From Owenia fusiformis (taxonomy: Eukaryota), in the NCBI GenBank assembly GCA_903813345.2, contig CAIIXF020000001.1, positions 13,764,001 through 13,828,000 of the forward strand: 64,000 nucleotides of DNA, given 5' to 3'. A model generated the notes under the pieces. It was not told the DNA's origin and did no database searches. It saw only the letters and a list, made by a program, of their open reading frames with translations. The position numbers and the translations under genes were made by a program. Positions 33,735 to 48,420 of this stretch are shown here, piece after piece. How positions within the stretch are numbered: position 1 is the stretch's first letter; each line of letters opens with the position of its first letter.

Positions 33735-33902
33735 TACAATGAAACCTGTCTCAGTGAACACCCTCTCTCTAGTGAACACCTGTGTCCAGTGGGCACCCAT
33801 TCTCAGCACATACTCCACTGACCTCTGTATAAAATCACCTCTCTATAGCGAAGACCTAACTACAATGAACTTATTTCTGCGGCTCCATAGATGTTCATTG
33901 TA
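33735..33902. mobile_element. Short pogo/Tigger-like MITE
   Basis: Ends TA-caatgaaacctgt / atagatgttcattg-TA; similar architecture at 57883-58077. Confidence 0.5.
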
Positions 33903-34682
33903 CATAAAGGAGGAGGGAAATTAGCGCAACAGATTTTGGACAGCCATTTGTTTGATTTTGGCCTTTTCCTGGGGATTTAAACAGGTGCATATGTTAGGCG
34001 AATGCATTACCTCCAGGAAAATCACTTCTAGAGATGATAAAATAATTTCGACTTTGAGACAGGGTAGATGCGAACAACCCACCCACATGTTTTTTTAAAA
34101 TGTTTTCCTGATTTTCAACCCCTTCCATCCCTGCTTTTTTAATTAATTTTTCTTGCATCAATATGTCGTGTTTTGACGCACAGTTAATCTTTTAAAAGGG
34201 ATAAATGATTCCTTTTAGATAAAGTGGAAAACAATATTTCCCATGTTATTTTCCCATAGGGAAAAATCATTGCTTTCAGCTAAATTTGGTCACCCATAAT
34301 GGGTATCTTTAAAACCCCTCATGAAGGAATCACTTATTCCTTTGAATTGGTTAACTATGTGTCAAAACGCACCATATTGATGCAAGAAAAATTATAAAAG
34401 CAGGGATGAAAGGGGTCAAAAATTAGTAAAACATTTCAGAAAAAACATGTGGGTGGGTTGTTTGCATCGACCCTGTCTCAAAGTCGAAATTATTTTATCA
34501 TCTCTAGAAGTGATTTTCCTGGAGAAAATGAATTGGCCTAACATATGCAATTGTTTAAATCCTCAGAAAATGGCCAAAATCCAACATATGACTGGCAAAA
34601 ATCTGTTGCGCTAATTTCCCTCCTCCTTTATGTACAATGAACATCTATGGAGCCACAGAAATAAGTGCATTGTAGTTAGGTC
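33853..34682. repeat. ~830-bp imperfect palindrome (foldback element)
   Basis: gacctaactacaatg...tacataaaggaggagggaaattagcgcaacagatttt mirrored by aaaatctgttgcgctaatttccctcctcctttatgta...cattgtagttaggtc. Confidence 0.92.
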
Positions 34683-37600
34683 CTCCTTTAACGGTATCAC
34701 AAAGGTATTCGCATACGAACAGGTATGTATTACTTCCATTTATATACTCTGGCCCATTCTAGACACAGTGGTCATTACCCAAGGTGCTATTTTCGCTGAT
34801 GATATACATATGGATGACTGAACTGAAAAATGATTTGCCTAAGTAGAGAATTCGAATGTGGACAATCGATTAATCATAATAAACACACTTCAGTAACAGC
34901 ATAACCCTTTTAGTTAAAACATCTGTCATTTCTGATCATTCGCATATCCTAGACCCTTTTCGAACGTGAAAAAGCTTATGCTGCCAGTAATATTCGAATT
35001 CCGTCATGCATGGAGTGATACTTCATGGAGTATATCTATATCACATCACCCATCCGTTAAGGTTTTGAGGTGATCATACCATTCAGTTTGCTAATACATA
35101 TAGCCCCGTTTGCTATGATACCTTCAAGCAAACTCAAGGTATCAAGGGTCTGGTATTCTTACATATTCCTTCGGTTACCTGCTCTCGCTTTAGATACAAA
35201 AATTCTCCCCCAAATTGGAAATCTAAACATTCCTGATGCATTGTGGCTAGTTTGTCAGTGCAAAAGAAACAATTTCAAACGTAGTTGAGTGTGTTTGATG
35301 GATAGCTCAAACAACAAGAAATACTCTCAACAACAATAAATAAACACAACCTCAAATGCCGCCCATTTGTAAAATGCGATCCGTTGGTTTTGTAGAAAGA
35401 TAATGGTATCTACCGTATCTATTTGGCCAAATGGTTAAAATTGTCATTTTCAGATTTCGTCTTCCAATGCGAGTGAAAACTATTTTGTCCCAGTACTTCA
35501 TCTCAATCATAAGCCTGAATATAGATGTCACTTTCGTGGTCATTTATTTCGTTTTATATCTTTAGTGACCGATAATTTGGGATTTGATAAGACGATACGA
35601 CAATTAATTAATCGCTAACACTGATACATGTCAAAACAATCGTTTAAAACTCTCTTCATTGATGCTTTGAATTTCTGCTGAGGCCATTCACACTTGTGGT
35701 AACCATTGATTTTTGGCAATTTGAAACAAATAGTTTTTAATGCGGGCGCGGTAATTTGATAAAACACCAGATCGTAGTACTTTATACGTATGTCAGAGAA
35801 AATTGCAACCAGTGGGTCCAGATCTAATTAACAGAATGACTTCCAGTGAAAACAAATATTTACGTCAGAAATGAAGAGTTCCTTAAACGCCAATGCTCTG
35901 CCATAACCAGATTAAAAAACTCTAAAAATCGTTTAGCATCAGAACTCGATGGTTCCCATCTGTTAAATCTGCTGTTATGAATAATCAATGACATGAATCA
36001 CACTTTAATGTCTATTCACTTACATTCTAATGTCTTATTGCAAGTGTTTAGCAGCAAATAAAGTAGGTTTTAAGTAGATCAATTCTCAATACTTGATCGA
36101 ATTGTACGAATGATCAAAACAAAATTGTTTGGCAGAACCAAAGTAAGACCAAATTTCGCCTGGATGGTTAAATTGAAAAACGTTTTGGACTCAGTGTGCC
36201 TGTATGCCTCGGTGCGATTTTTCTTATTTTAATTTGTTCGAATTGAAATTCCAAAAATGTATTGGTTGGTTCTACTTTGATATTTATGTTAGAAGCTTAA
36301 CTAGGGTCTGATGAGGGAATTAGACCTAAGACCTACAATGACCCGGAAAAGACCATTAGCCCTGCTCCAAAGAATTCTCATTTTGGTATTTGGTATTTTA
36401 GTGCGATCAAATCCCTGAGTGATGTATGCTGGTTTCCATCAAGTTTAAGTAATCACCTAAATTAAACCTATAGCCACTTATGCCATTCTTATCCAACCCA
36501 AAAAATCAATGTTCGTATTTGGTTAAGCTTCAATTCCGAGACGGTTAGTTGGTAATGTATTTAGAAGAAGACCTGTTCAATCTAACTATCTGTAGTGCCC
36601 TGTAACCCTATGCCATCAATTTCTCGAGACTTTTAGGCACTCAGAATGACACGAAACTCATAGATCAGCTTTGAACAGTGAATTTGTTAGTGTCGTTTGT
36701 TTGATAGCACAGTCGATTTTACTAATTATTAGGGCATCTAAATCCTACCCTGCGTGCAGATCCTATATAAACTAGACGAAGCTCTATTTTAGAAGCGAAG
36801 TCAAACGAATCTAAAGGGTATCTTAAATCCAAGAACCAAAAAGGCGACCAGTCCATTTAACTGATACAAATATAAAGAGAACAATATCTAATAAAACGTG
36901 AAGACTTGTATTTAGATCTATGTTTTCGCACTTCCTTGACTATTACAGATGGCCACGTCGTAATTTCCAACGACCATCCCATTTCTTCCTTCGAGCTATG
37001 AAAAACAGAGGACAAGGGATCTGATTTATCAAGAATACTCAACAGTCAGTCTCTCTTGCTTTGTAAAGACAATTGTATAATTTGCTCTTTTGAGCCCTAT
37101 TGTATGTTCAGTGTAGTTTCTGTTTAGAAAGTGAGCATTCAGTTTCTGATCCAGAGAAATAATTCTGAATCCCTAAAGCCCAATTTAGGAAAGAGCACCG
37201 AGTCATAAGCAATCGACTAATAGTACATTGGTGTATTATTCTATGCATTGTTGTACTTGGATGGTCAACTCATCATTGATGGAGTCGTAACTTACAAGTA
37301 GATTGTCTTCGTAATTGTATTTTGTGAAGCTGATAATATCAGATATATAGCAAAAGGGGGGCAATTCTCCCTGGAAAGTGCGTTATTCCCATTTCCTTGG
37401 ATTTCAAGATTCAAGATTTTAAATGTGTTTCAAGCCAAAACAATTAACTTCCTCACAAAATCAATTACAAGACATAAATGTAAAATGCAATTGTTAAAAA
37501 TGATTTAAAGCTAGCTAGCTATATTTTGATTTTGAAGACGAAGCACGTACCAAAACCAGTACCATTTGTACCGTTCACAACTTGCGTTTAAAATGTGTTT

Positions 37601-38492
37601 TGGGATCCTAACAAAGACAACTTGAACTTACACAATTCCACTCTTGTCTATTTGAATAGAATCAATAAACTTAAGACTATGAGTTCTAGTCACAGTTTCT
37701 CCTTTTGTACATTATTGGTATTTATTTTACGAAACAGATGTGGAGGATCGGGTAAAAACGATAAAAAAACTATGCCAGGCGTGAACAAGCTCTGTTAAGG
37801 ATGTTAGAATGCATCTATATCCTTTTATATTTAAGCCTGTGTAAAGACGTTGATGGGGTGTGATGAAAAAAGTATTGGTGACAATGGACTACAAAACAGC
37901 CGAAGAGAGGCGAAACTGGACTAGATATAGATTGGGTTCCTTAATACTCATCTTAGTACCACATCCTCTACATAAGTTACATCAATGTTCAAAGGTCACA
38001 CCGTCTATCAGCAAAGGGAAAAATACGATTATTAGTGTCGTTGATGTCAGCAAGAAAAGGCTTAAGTGTATTAACCAGTGTTCATAAATAAGAATGCTAT
38101 TTGTTGATGAAAGAATCTGACCATTTAGATGGATTACCACCATAATGTGAAGAGCTCTATAGCAAATCCATATCAATCCTCACTAGTATATTTTTAATCT
38201 TGGAGTTTTAATTTTCTCAGACAAAATATCTAGCCTCTGTGACCCGCTTGACAAGATATCCCTATACCAGAATAAATATAATAATGTATCTTGCAAAAAG
38301 GTCTGCATGAATATTGTTATTTGATGGATTGCTAGTTGAAGGAATAAACAAACAAGTCATCGTGTATGTTGATGATAGGCTAAGTTACGTAATACCGCAG
38401 CTTGTCAGAAACCAGATTCAAAATCTTTAATGCGCATATTTGTAGCAACGCACTCCAAACCAGATAGAATCATGTTTTAATGAGACATTGAT

Positions 38493-39784
38493 CACGGTGT
38501 ATAACCCAAACGCTCCTACATGCACGACGGAGCGTTTCATTTACGCGGAAACGCTCCGGAGCGAAATAAAATGGCGGCTAATGAAGATTCCACTATGACC
38601 GTAAGTATTGTTCCTCTCGTTTCTCTTACATATCATATGTTATGGTGAAATATTATGTACCATTCGATGAACAATACAATGAGCAAAGATCTGATTTATT
38701 CAACTTCTGGTGGTAAACTGTTATTTGCTTGATCAAAGCTCCGTAGTGTAGATCGAACGAATCTGAAGATGAAGATTTGGCCACAAATTACAAATTAAAC
38801 TAGTATTTCTATGAAAACGTTAATCTTTCTGTTAAAGTAGTAGATCACAAACTCGTATATTCTCATTTCCTAAAATTCCAGTCCAAATCCATTACTTGTT
38901 CTCGAAAAATCGCTTGTTTTCCTCGAAACGCTCCATCGATTTAGAACACAATTTTAGAAACGCTCTTACCATTTTGTTTTGATATAATTTTCAGATTATT
39001 AGAGAAGCGTTTCGAATCGAATCTATCTCTCAAAAACGTGTTGTACTTGTTAGGCAAATTGAATTATCTGAACCTGGTGGTGCTAAACGTGCAACTAGCT
39101 GATTTAAGCCTACATTAGATGATGTCATGCCTACATATGTGCTAAATCATAAAACTATAGAAAAAAACTAAAATTTATATATGAATTAATCTTTCTTCTA
39201 TTGATGCCAAGGGGTATAATAGATCTTTTCTTTCTCTTCCTGAAAAGAAAAGGCAGGCTATATATTTCCTAAACTGATCTAGACTACCGGAGCGTTTCCA
39301 GTTCACTGTGTTAACCAGATCGGAGCGTTTCTTGAATATGAGAATGTCATCATTTTTAAGACTGGATTTTCGGTCATCAAATCACTATACCGATAATGTA
39401 TGGTGCGTTGAATCATTGGAATTTGACTAAAATATACGTTGGTGCTCTAATCTTAGCTCAACTAATCACATGAATCGACAAAAGGGGTTTTGACCGGTAG
39501 AATGACAAATACGTTTTTGAATTTTGATAACTATACTGCTTCGTACAGCTCTTCCTAATTGCTTTAAACGTCAACAGCCAGCCAAGTACAACATGAATAT
39601 CACACCCATCGAATGGTATACTCGAAATATGTAACTCATACCTCTTATTCCCATTATTGGGGAAATCGTCAGACGACTCATCATTCCCGCCAGTCAGTTT
39701 TCCTACTCCGGAGCGTTTCTTTGTTTAATTTCAGTAATGAAACGCTCCGTCGTGCATGTAGGAGCGTTTGGGTTATACACCGTG
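38493..39784. mobile_element. Non-autonomous Transib-like DNA transposon (1292 bp)
   Basis: Perfect 49-bp TIRs starting CACGGTG; 5-bp direct repeat TTGAT on both flanks (38488-38492, 39785-39789); recurring internal gaaacgctcc/ggagcgtttc motifs. Confidence 0.8.
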
Positions 39785-39877
39785 TTGATATGCATTGAAT
39801 ACGCAATGAACAATACTAAATAATTGCGCCGATCGAGAGCCCATTGGTTTGTGTCATTTTTCATATCTGCAACTTAC

Positions 39878-39958
39878 CTCGAACTGTGCAAAAGAACAAA
39901 ACCAAACGAAAAATGTACACCAGGAAATACAACTAATCATGATCTGGTACAATCGCAT
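39878..39958 (-). CDS. Candidate signal-peptide exon of gene B (frame conflict, see findings)
   Basis: Strong donor GAG|gtaagtt; aaaacATG at 39958; T-rich hydrophobic codons; the phase-1 frame ends ...LVLFFCTVRE, which would join SEQGPHEE. Confidence 0.45.
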
Positions 39959-40796
39959 GTTTTGGGATTGACTAAGATCCTCGGGGACTTCCTCTTGCAA
40001 ATTATGATCTGGTTAGCCACTGAGCTACAGAACCAACCATTGATTATTTTCGTATAATTATGGATTTCCCGTACTATCGGAAATCTTGACAGTAATTTTT
40101 ATAGACATTATTTTCATTTCACATAACTACTCTTCCCCTTGTTACACCTCTCAATGTAATCATTAATACGCCTGAATTAAATGCTTCCAAACCCCAAGAG
40201 TCATTCAGCAAATACAATTGCTGTAATTGAATAAATCTCAATAAGCGAACGTTGTGAGAGACAATGGTAGGGGAAGAAGTAACCTTTCCACCTAACAAGA
40301 AAACAATAAAAACACCATCCATATGTATATATTATGAGAAGATAAAGTAGTCACATTTAATCCCCTTATATTTACGACTCTTGTTATTTTAAATGATGTA
40401 CATTCCCAGGGGAGAGGTGAATGGATGCACTAAGTGGTGATATGAAGCAATTTGCTATTTGGTAATAGAGCTACTCTGGTTTATGGTGCTCTCAATTTAG
40501 ACATTACTAGAATTGGATAACTCACTTACAGATTTGATTAACTAGATAAAACATCGTTGCTTTATTAAACTTATATTTTAGAACGTAAATTCGATGTTTC
40601 CATTAGGATAATCAAAGGCAACTCCATTGCCAAGGTCTGTATAGATATCAAGAGGGACGTAAGGCAAAACTGGCCATCAAGATTCATTGAATTATGTTAA
40701 ATGCTCATTTTCACCAATCAAACGAACATCGATAATGAAATCATGTGTTCATATGTGGATTAGCGCGCTTGTAATTTAGAAATAAAGAACGGAGAG

Positions 40797-40966
40797 TAGG
40801 TATTAAATCGACGAATAAATACCGCAGTGCTGGGCACAAACGTTTTCTGTCGCTTTTGTGTCTGGCCCTAAGGTATTTATTACTCGATATAATACCTGAT
40901 CCGAGGTCTATATTACGACTTAAACATGAACAAAAGATCAGGTATTGTATCGACGAATAAATACCT
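40797..40966. repeat. Short element with nested inverted and direct repeats (aggtatt....cgacgaataaatacc)
   Basis: Motif at ~40798 and ~40940, reverse complement at ~40871. Confidence 0.6.
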
Positions 40967-43900
40967 GGTGAAATATTGACTTTGTTCACAGTTTATAGAA
41001 GGTTTGAATACACCTTGGAATAGTCATTTTCGAATAGTGACTACTGCTTTAATATTTGATTATCCAAAGTTTCCTTATAAATATGAATTTACAAGTCTGA
41101 TTTTACATGGTGACCTTATTCGACCTTGTCATGACAGTTGGGGCAAGGTAAGATCCAATATTTTTCTACATCGGCACAACTTGAACAGGAATCTTATTCT
41201 GATAAATTGAGAATGATGGAACAACATAGACGCTTACACCTGCTCTTAACTTCTTTCTTTTTATAATTGTCGACATTATTGTAAGCGAAACAGATGCAAT
41301 TTAAGTGAAAATAAACAAGCAAATGCGAAGTGCCAGGCAAGGTGTACGTGTATCAGTACAGTAATGTAAGAAGTGAGAAGGTAGCATTAACTAAGAAGGA
41401 TAAATGTTCTACCTATATATTGACATTTACCTAAATATTTCTATGTAAAACATATGTAAAGATCAGGTAAGTAAGAAAAGTGCATAAGACTAGGTCCCAG
41501 ACTTGGATGATATCTGCTTTAGAGAAAGGGGTCAAATACACCGATGCCCATTACATAGCCTAGTTCCCCAATACAGTTATTACTCTCTTTTAACTCAGTA
41601 TGAATGGAACTGCAAATGGTCTTGGATATCTTGCTAGTTGATTATGGATGGTGGGGAAGGGGTGTCATGTTAGATACTGTCTCCTTACGTTAGATCAGTA
41701 TTTCGGTTGCCAGTTCCTGGGGATTTGTTTCTTTATGGCCTGTGCGTGCTCTTAGTCATTCTTTTTGTTTTAATATTATTTTGGTCTTTGCCTTCACGAT
41801 AATGTACTTTCTTCTGCTGGAATAGCACATGATCTCGATGGGGAGGATAATGGAGAAGGTTAATTGAATACAGGGTTTAATCTTTTGAATTTGGCCCATT
41901 CAAGCCAGACATTGGTTCAATTTGCATCGAATATTGTGTTTCGGAGAAAAACAAATGAGATCCTCTTCTAAACCTAACCGCAAAACCAAGAGACAATGTA
42001 AGAACTCTGATACATTGATTGATGAAGAGACACTCGTGTAAGTAAGTCGATATTACATCATCATGAAATGAATAACGTTCGAAGAAACAATTGGTCAGAA
42101 GTCTCTCAAACCTGACTGAAACTGCCAAAATACTGACACTCTATTTCATGCATTTTAGAAAGGCAATAACAATGAATATGTAGATGAGTAGATATCATTG
42201 AGTCATCAAGTAAATACTAAGTTGTTTATCAGATGTACTGTATTTTAGTAAAAGTTAGGATTTGTAGACACTTTTATCTCTTTATAAATAGAACATGCGA
42301 GAGCCAGGTCTCTAACTTCAGTCAAAATATTATTCTAGATAATGCAATTCTTCACAATTCTGTTGCATCGGAAGACATTGATTGCCAAATGATTTCCAGT
42401 TAAGGGTGTGGTACCAAAATAAAAACGAAAAAACGAAGATTTTCTGTAGTGGCCTCAACTTTAGCCAACTAAAATTACATACTGATCAGGAACGAAAAAA
42501 CAACAAATTACAATTAACAACCAAAATACATGTATATCACTTGATTATGCTCCATATATGGAATTCAAATCAAACCATAATTACCAAAATGGTCATCCTA
42601 TTTTTGAATATGGAGAATCGAAGTTACCCCATTTAATCTTTTTCCACAGTGTTTTTAAAAATATTTTGTTGTCAGTTGATGGAATGATATTAAAGATTCA
42701 GGTCATAAAGGAATAACATAGTAGCACTGATAAGATGAATGCAACAAGGAAAAGTGGTATATCCATTCTAGGGGGTTGATAACCGGAGGAATTCAACGAA
42801 TTAAATCTTTATTTTCACATACTCTTTTGCTTGGCATTGGGGCAAAATACGCAGTGCGGTTTGGGAGGGAGCTAGCTTAGATTCTTCATATTCAGAAGAA
42901 AATCATCATTACCCCAGCTGAGTAAAAATAGGATTCATCTAACCCTTGGTTCTTCATCTCAGTTATTTTGATTTTGGATGGTATCAGTTTTATTGCCGAC
43001 TGGCGATTACAACCAAGATATGCAGTAAGCTTAAACTCTTAGCAAGAATTTTATAGCCTGACTATAAAACATTATATCTTTCATCACTTGCTATTCTTAC
43101 TCAAAATTATCAAAACACCGATATGATGCAGTTCGAGATATTCAGGAAATCCTTCCAATTACTATAAACTCATATATAAGAAGCTTTTATTTCGCCTCAG
43201 TGTGTGGCGATTCTCTCCTCCGAGAGTTGCTATTTCCTGATAATTAGAGTTGGGGATTTAACCTGTCACTATGATATCGTCATGAAAATAATGAAGTTCC
43301 TTTATTAAAATCAAGAGAAAGCAATATTCTATTAATTTTATCAATCAAACCTACAAGGTTTGATCAGTTGATCGTCGTAATAATACAAGCCGGCAGCTTT
43401 TTTGATAATAAACGATTTAAGATCGGGACCCAATGAATCGTTGGTGTTTTATTGCATGGTGCTCTTGTTTGCAGTTTAAAACGAGGGCTTTGAAACTTGC
43501 ATACAAGGATCGAATTCGAAGTTAAGTCTTGTTGCATGATCCTATACTGCAAGAGGAACTTTGCTTATAAAACCTATAGCTCCTTATCTATTTGGACACA
43601 TTTCTTGGTCATATATCATTGATGCCTTGCGTAGTTTGAAATTGGCATTCAATCTACAATATGTACACCCAAAATAGATTCTGTGTTAAAACTACATACG
43701 AATTGATCGATAATACATTTACTTTCATAAGTAGGACTTAATTTCACTTGTTGCGAATTTTATTTAAACAAAAACATAAGTTTCGCGCAATCTCTTTATG
43801 ATGAAGTAATATATCATCACGATGTTACATTGATTTGATGTAGTTCAAGTGATTGATAGCTTGTTAAAGTGCATTGGTAAATTACACTTGACGTCACCAG

Positions 43901-46900
43901 CAATTTATAAAAGCAAAAAACCAATTGTTTGCAAATGAGGTTTCTAATGAAACTAAGATAATTAATGTTATAGTACATCAATCAGAGAGTGACGTGGATC
44001 TCTTGGGAAGAGTGGTAGCCCTCAAAAGTGTTGGATAAAGGAGAAGTCTGGTAAATCAGAATGACTTGACCCGCTTTCAAAAGTCCCCTACAAGATATGG
44101 TAATACTAAACAGATTCAAGATCAATGATACATGAAATTTGAAATACATATTTCTCAGTCAATTACACAACTAAATATATATGGCGCATGGGCTTTCATG
44201 AGATCAAGACTACTCAAAGTCCATGCATTGTCTATTTCCATAGTAACATGGTAACTAAAGGAAAATATTCAAGATACAAATTTGCAGCTTTCAGAATTAC
44301 GATCTTGCAAACAATCGTTTAATGGAAATGGTTGCATAGCGCATACGACATGGAAAGTAATTTGCATGATTTGGGCAATGATAAGACAAGAATGAATCTA
44401 CTTTATGATAAAAATCACAAAACCCTTTTACAATGTAGAGAAGAATAAAACATAGACTGCAATTTACATCTGTTTACTGACATGTTTTCGTTCTTATTTT
44501 CGTCTTCCACCTGTGGAGCAATACAACAACTCAGTATTATATCATTCCATGGTGTAAAGTAAGCGCTTTAGACAACGCCTGCCTGCTGTGTAAATTCAGA
44601 TAATCTTATTTATTGAAACTCTGAAAGAGTAATTTGGCTTTTGGTATTTGGCTTTCCAATAATTTATCTGAAGCCATGGCCTATATGGTATTTAAAAATT
44701 GTTGTACTTTTAAGTTCTAGAAAATATCTATGTTATTTAACTAAGAATGGTATTATTTCTTACCTTTTATTGCAAGTAGAAAAATTCCTAGGACCAACTG
44801 TCCTTTCCAAGACACCAGTGTCCGAAATCGTATTTCCATTATTGAGTGAGATGCTGGACGTCTAATGCGAATGTCTTAACGCAGTTTACATTCCGTACAG
44901 TTGGTATATGTTCAAATCCGTTGTCCTTATTTACATCATTTCATGCAGTGTTGATCTAATCAAGGACGGTAAACATAATGGTCACATCATCTGAAAGAAA
45001 GCAAAATAATAGTCCAGGTAAAATAATAATGCTAGGATATAGTATTCTCCTTCGCATCCCGATTGGTCACGATATATTACAACTGCATTCTTGTTTGACT
45101 TTCATAATATATATTGAACTGTATTAGTTGGTCCCTAAATCAGGACTAAGCTAGTTGTTGTCACAGCGTGAGAGTTTTGTATCATACCAAAATGCTGACC
45201 CTTTCATGATTATGATATTCTTGGCTAACGTATCCACAATACTGTAATTCTTTTGGGAATTTTTAACCTAAATATCCAAAGTTACCCATTCGCCAACCCC
45301 ACGGAGTTAACAGCTGTTATCGCCCACACTAAAGGTCACATACACTCGGAGAATGTTGATGGAGTTGATGGTGATAACAAAGCCAACAATGATGGAGTCG
45401 ATGAATGATGACTCAATTGACTGATATGCACTTTAGAAACCAGTCTCGCAGGAGTAATTAACAGATTAACTGATCAGATGTGAGACCTACCAAGTGTGGT
45501 TGAGTTAAATAAAAATGATGTATCAATAAGTTCATATTTCAGTGTACCCATACTGTTGAACCAGTGTATTCCTTCAGTCATATGTAATACCTTGAAGGAT
45601 CAAAATGGTGCACCTCACATACAGTGATTCCTAAGATGCTGAGACAGACAGACCAAAGATAAGTGTCCGCTTAAAATAACATTGGCGTAAGATTAATGAC
45701 TTCAAAGAGGTGCAACATTATCATGCACGGTATCATTATCGTATTATTCTAGTCTGTTCCTCTGCCCAATCTGCTACAAATACAAATGGGAACGTCTCGG
45801 ATCAAGGCAACAGACCTACCCCTATTGAATCTGTAACATTATCCGCCATGTTTATTTGGGCATTAAGATTATATGGTTACGTTATCATGGTCAGCGTGTT
45901 ATTCTAATCTTCATCTCTCACCTTTTAAATTGATATAGTAACACTCGCTTAGATCAACCCTTGGTCTCTGTTACTGAGAGGTGGGGTGTAATTTTCTATC
46001 TGTTTCGTTAGTTTTAAATGATATTATTTGGCAAAATCGTAGAATAAAATAAAAGGTCAGCTAAAACATCTCTAGGTGAGTTTAGGTGAGCCAGAATCAG
46101 ACAAAACAATTCGCGTCATCTACTCAGTCCTTTACAGACCCCCAGACGTCTTGATTTCAAGCAACGAACAGTTGCAATGTTGAAATATAAACAATCTGCA
46201 TTTGAGATGAATGTAAGACCAGTTGTTGTGTAACGAAAATATCTCTGTATTAGAGTCGAGGAATTCCCCAATTGGACAATCGGTACAATCATTGGAATGA
46301 TCTACCTTATCCTCGGTTGTAACAGCAATGTGGTAAGCTACCTTAGCCTGTTCTGGGTCACGGCAACTGTTTTGTTTCTTCAAAAACGGTCTCACATGAA
46401 GTCCTGTTGCCCTTAGGAAAGAAATACGAGACTTAGTGATGTAAGACTTCGGAGATACAAATGATCAAATGGCTGAAGATTTAAACAAGAAGTCACTTCA
46501 TCCGATTGATGCATTCGATGCTTATCTCCGACCTCTATCTAAACATCCACGCGACTGCCTTGGGATACTGAGCTATCAAAGCTATATTATCCAATAACAG
46601 ATGAGAGTGGGATATTGCCCATATTGATACAATATTGAACTAGATAACTGGATAAAAACATAACTGTTTGATTTAAGAAAAATATCGAACTCTTATCGAT
46701 AAGGGGGAAATACAAATATAATCATAATGTACTCTACGGAATAATAGTGCCTTTTGAAAATTGTTTAGCAAGAGAAGTAGTCACTTAATATTTATTTTCT
46801 GACTTAATTTAAGATACCTAAATCTAGTAATTTGCTAAATTGTCCAAAGCCCATTCTGATTTATCAGAGTCCCTCTTTACCTAACGTTTTTGAGAACTAT

Positions 46901-47834
46901 TCCAAAAGGATAGTAAAGGCTGTGGATCCCACAATGTCCAAAGCCTATTTACAACTATGGGTACGTCATTGTATGTTATGATTTGTATGTATTCGCGTTA
47001 CATCGAAGAGACTTTCCAAAAAACCCTTGGAGGAATAGAAATCAGAATCTAGAGATTAGATCTGTCAATAAAAAGTCTAATATCAAGGAATCGGTTTCTA
47101 AACAATATCACCGTGACCTCTGAAACAAACGTTTATTATGAAATAGTGCTCAATTTGACATCGTCCCAAAAATTTGGAACTTGTACTAAAGAATAAAGAT
47201 CCATAAAACGTCTTCAATATGAGAAAATGAGAACAAAATTGTTGATACACTTTATACCATCACAAGGTTAAGCATTTGGCAGTTATATTTCGTTCATTCA
47301 AAAACAACTGACATTGAAACTAAGAATCGTATTTACCGAGTGATGGAACATATACAAGATGAAAGTGGCAAACTTGTTAACGCAAAGAACATGCGAATAT
47401 ACAAAACCTCTCTCAACTTTCAAAGAAATGTGATGGGCAGTGGTTCTGTAGCCGCCTTCTCGACTTTCAACATTCTCTTGCGAACATGCTTTAACACAAA
47501 TCTGATCTCTAATTTTGACATGTTTCTCAAAGTCACGGTGGTTCTATTTACGATAGATCAAGATCAATAAATGCATAACTAAAAATGGAAATGAACCACA
47601 CGTTTTTGGCATCGATTTATGGGTGAACATTTTCCAGAGCACAACGACAAACCCGCGTGATCGCTGTCTGGCTCATTTTGCAGAACTGTTGACAGTTGTC
47701 CAATGTCCAGACTAAAATCATTTTGAGTGTTTAAACCGTCACTTAATCGAAGTTGAATGAAAAATGGGTCAGTGTAAGGAAAATTAAGCATGGTATTTTT
47801 TGTGTAAACATCATATTGGTAATATATTAACGCA

Positions 47835-48420
47835 AATAAGAGATGAATTAACAATGATATTTACAAGAAATAGATGAATTAACAATGATACTGTATTTAC
47901 AAGAAAGAGTTGAATTAACAATGATATTTTCAAGAGTTGAATTAACAATGATATTTACAAGAAAGAGTTGAATTAACAATGATATTTACAAGAAAGAGTT
48001 GAATCAAAAAAGTATATTTGAAAATAAGTGATGAACTAACATCGATATTTACGCAAAAAGAGTTAAATTAGTAAAGATATTCGTGAAAACAAGTGATGAA
48101 ATAACATTGGTATTGATGTAAACAAGAGATGAATTAATAAAGTTATGTACAAGTTATGACTTACAATTGTTTGAAAATAAGTGATGAATTAACATTGGTA
48201 TTCACGCAAAATAAGAAATAAATTAATAAAGGTATTTCACAATTACTAACATTGTGTTTTTGAAAAAAAGTAATTAACAATAGCATTTTCCAGTAAAAAG
48301 TCAATTACCATTGGCTTTTAACAAATAAGAGTCAAATAACACAGTTCAGTTTTACGATCATTTAATGAGTTAAACTAACGATGATATTTACGAAAATAAG
48401 GTATGAATTAAAGAAAACTT
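47835..48420. repeat. Degenerate ~30-bp minisatellite (agagttgaattaacaatgatatttacaagaa)
   Basis: Near-identical units at 47835-48000, decaying rightwards. Confidence 0.9.

Noticed and set aside
39878-39883. 6-nt microexon (cag|TTCGAG|gtaagt), and a 7-nt one near 49868
   Set aside because: The T-rich tract at 39.9 kb is better explained as signal-peptide codons; neither can be supported without RNA data.
43150-43560. Possible Gypsy RT remnant (minus-strand YFHDDIIVTG)
   Set aside because: A single short motif amid stops; no other RT motifs or LTRs could be confirmed.
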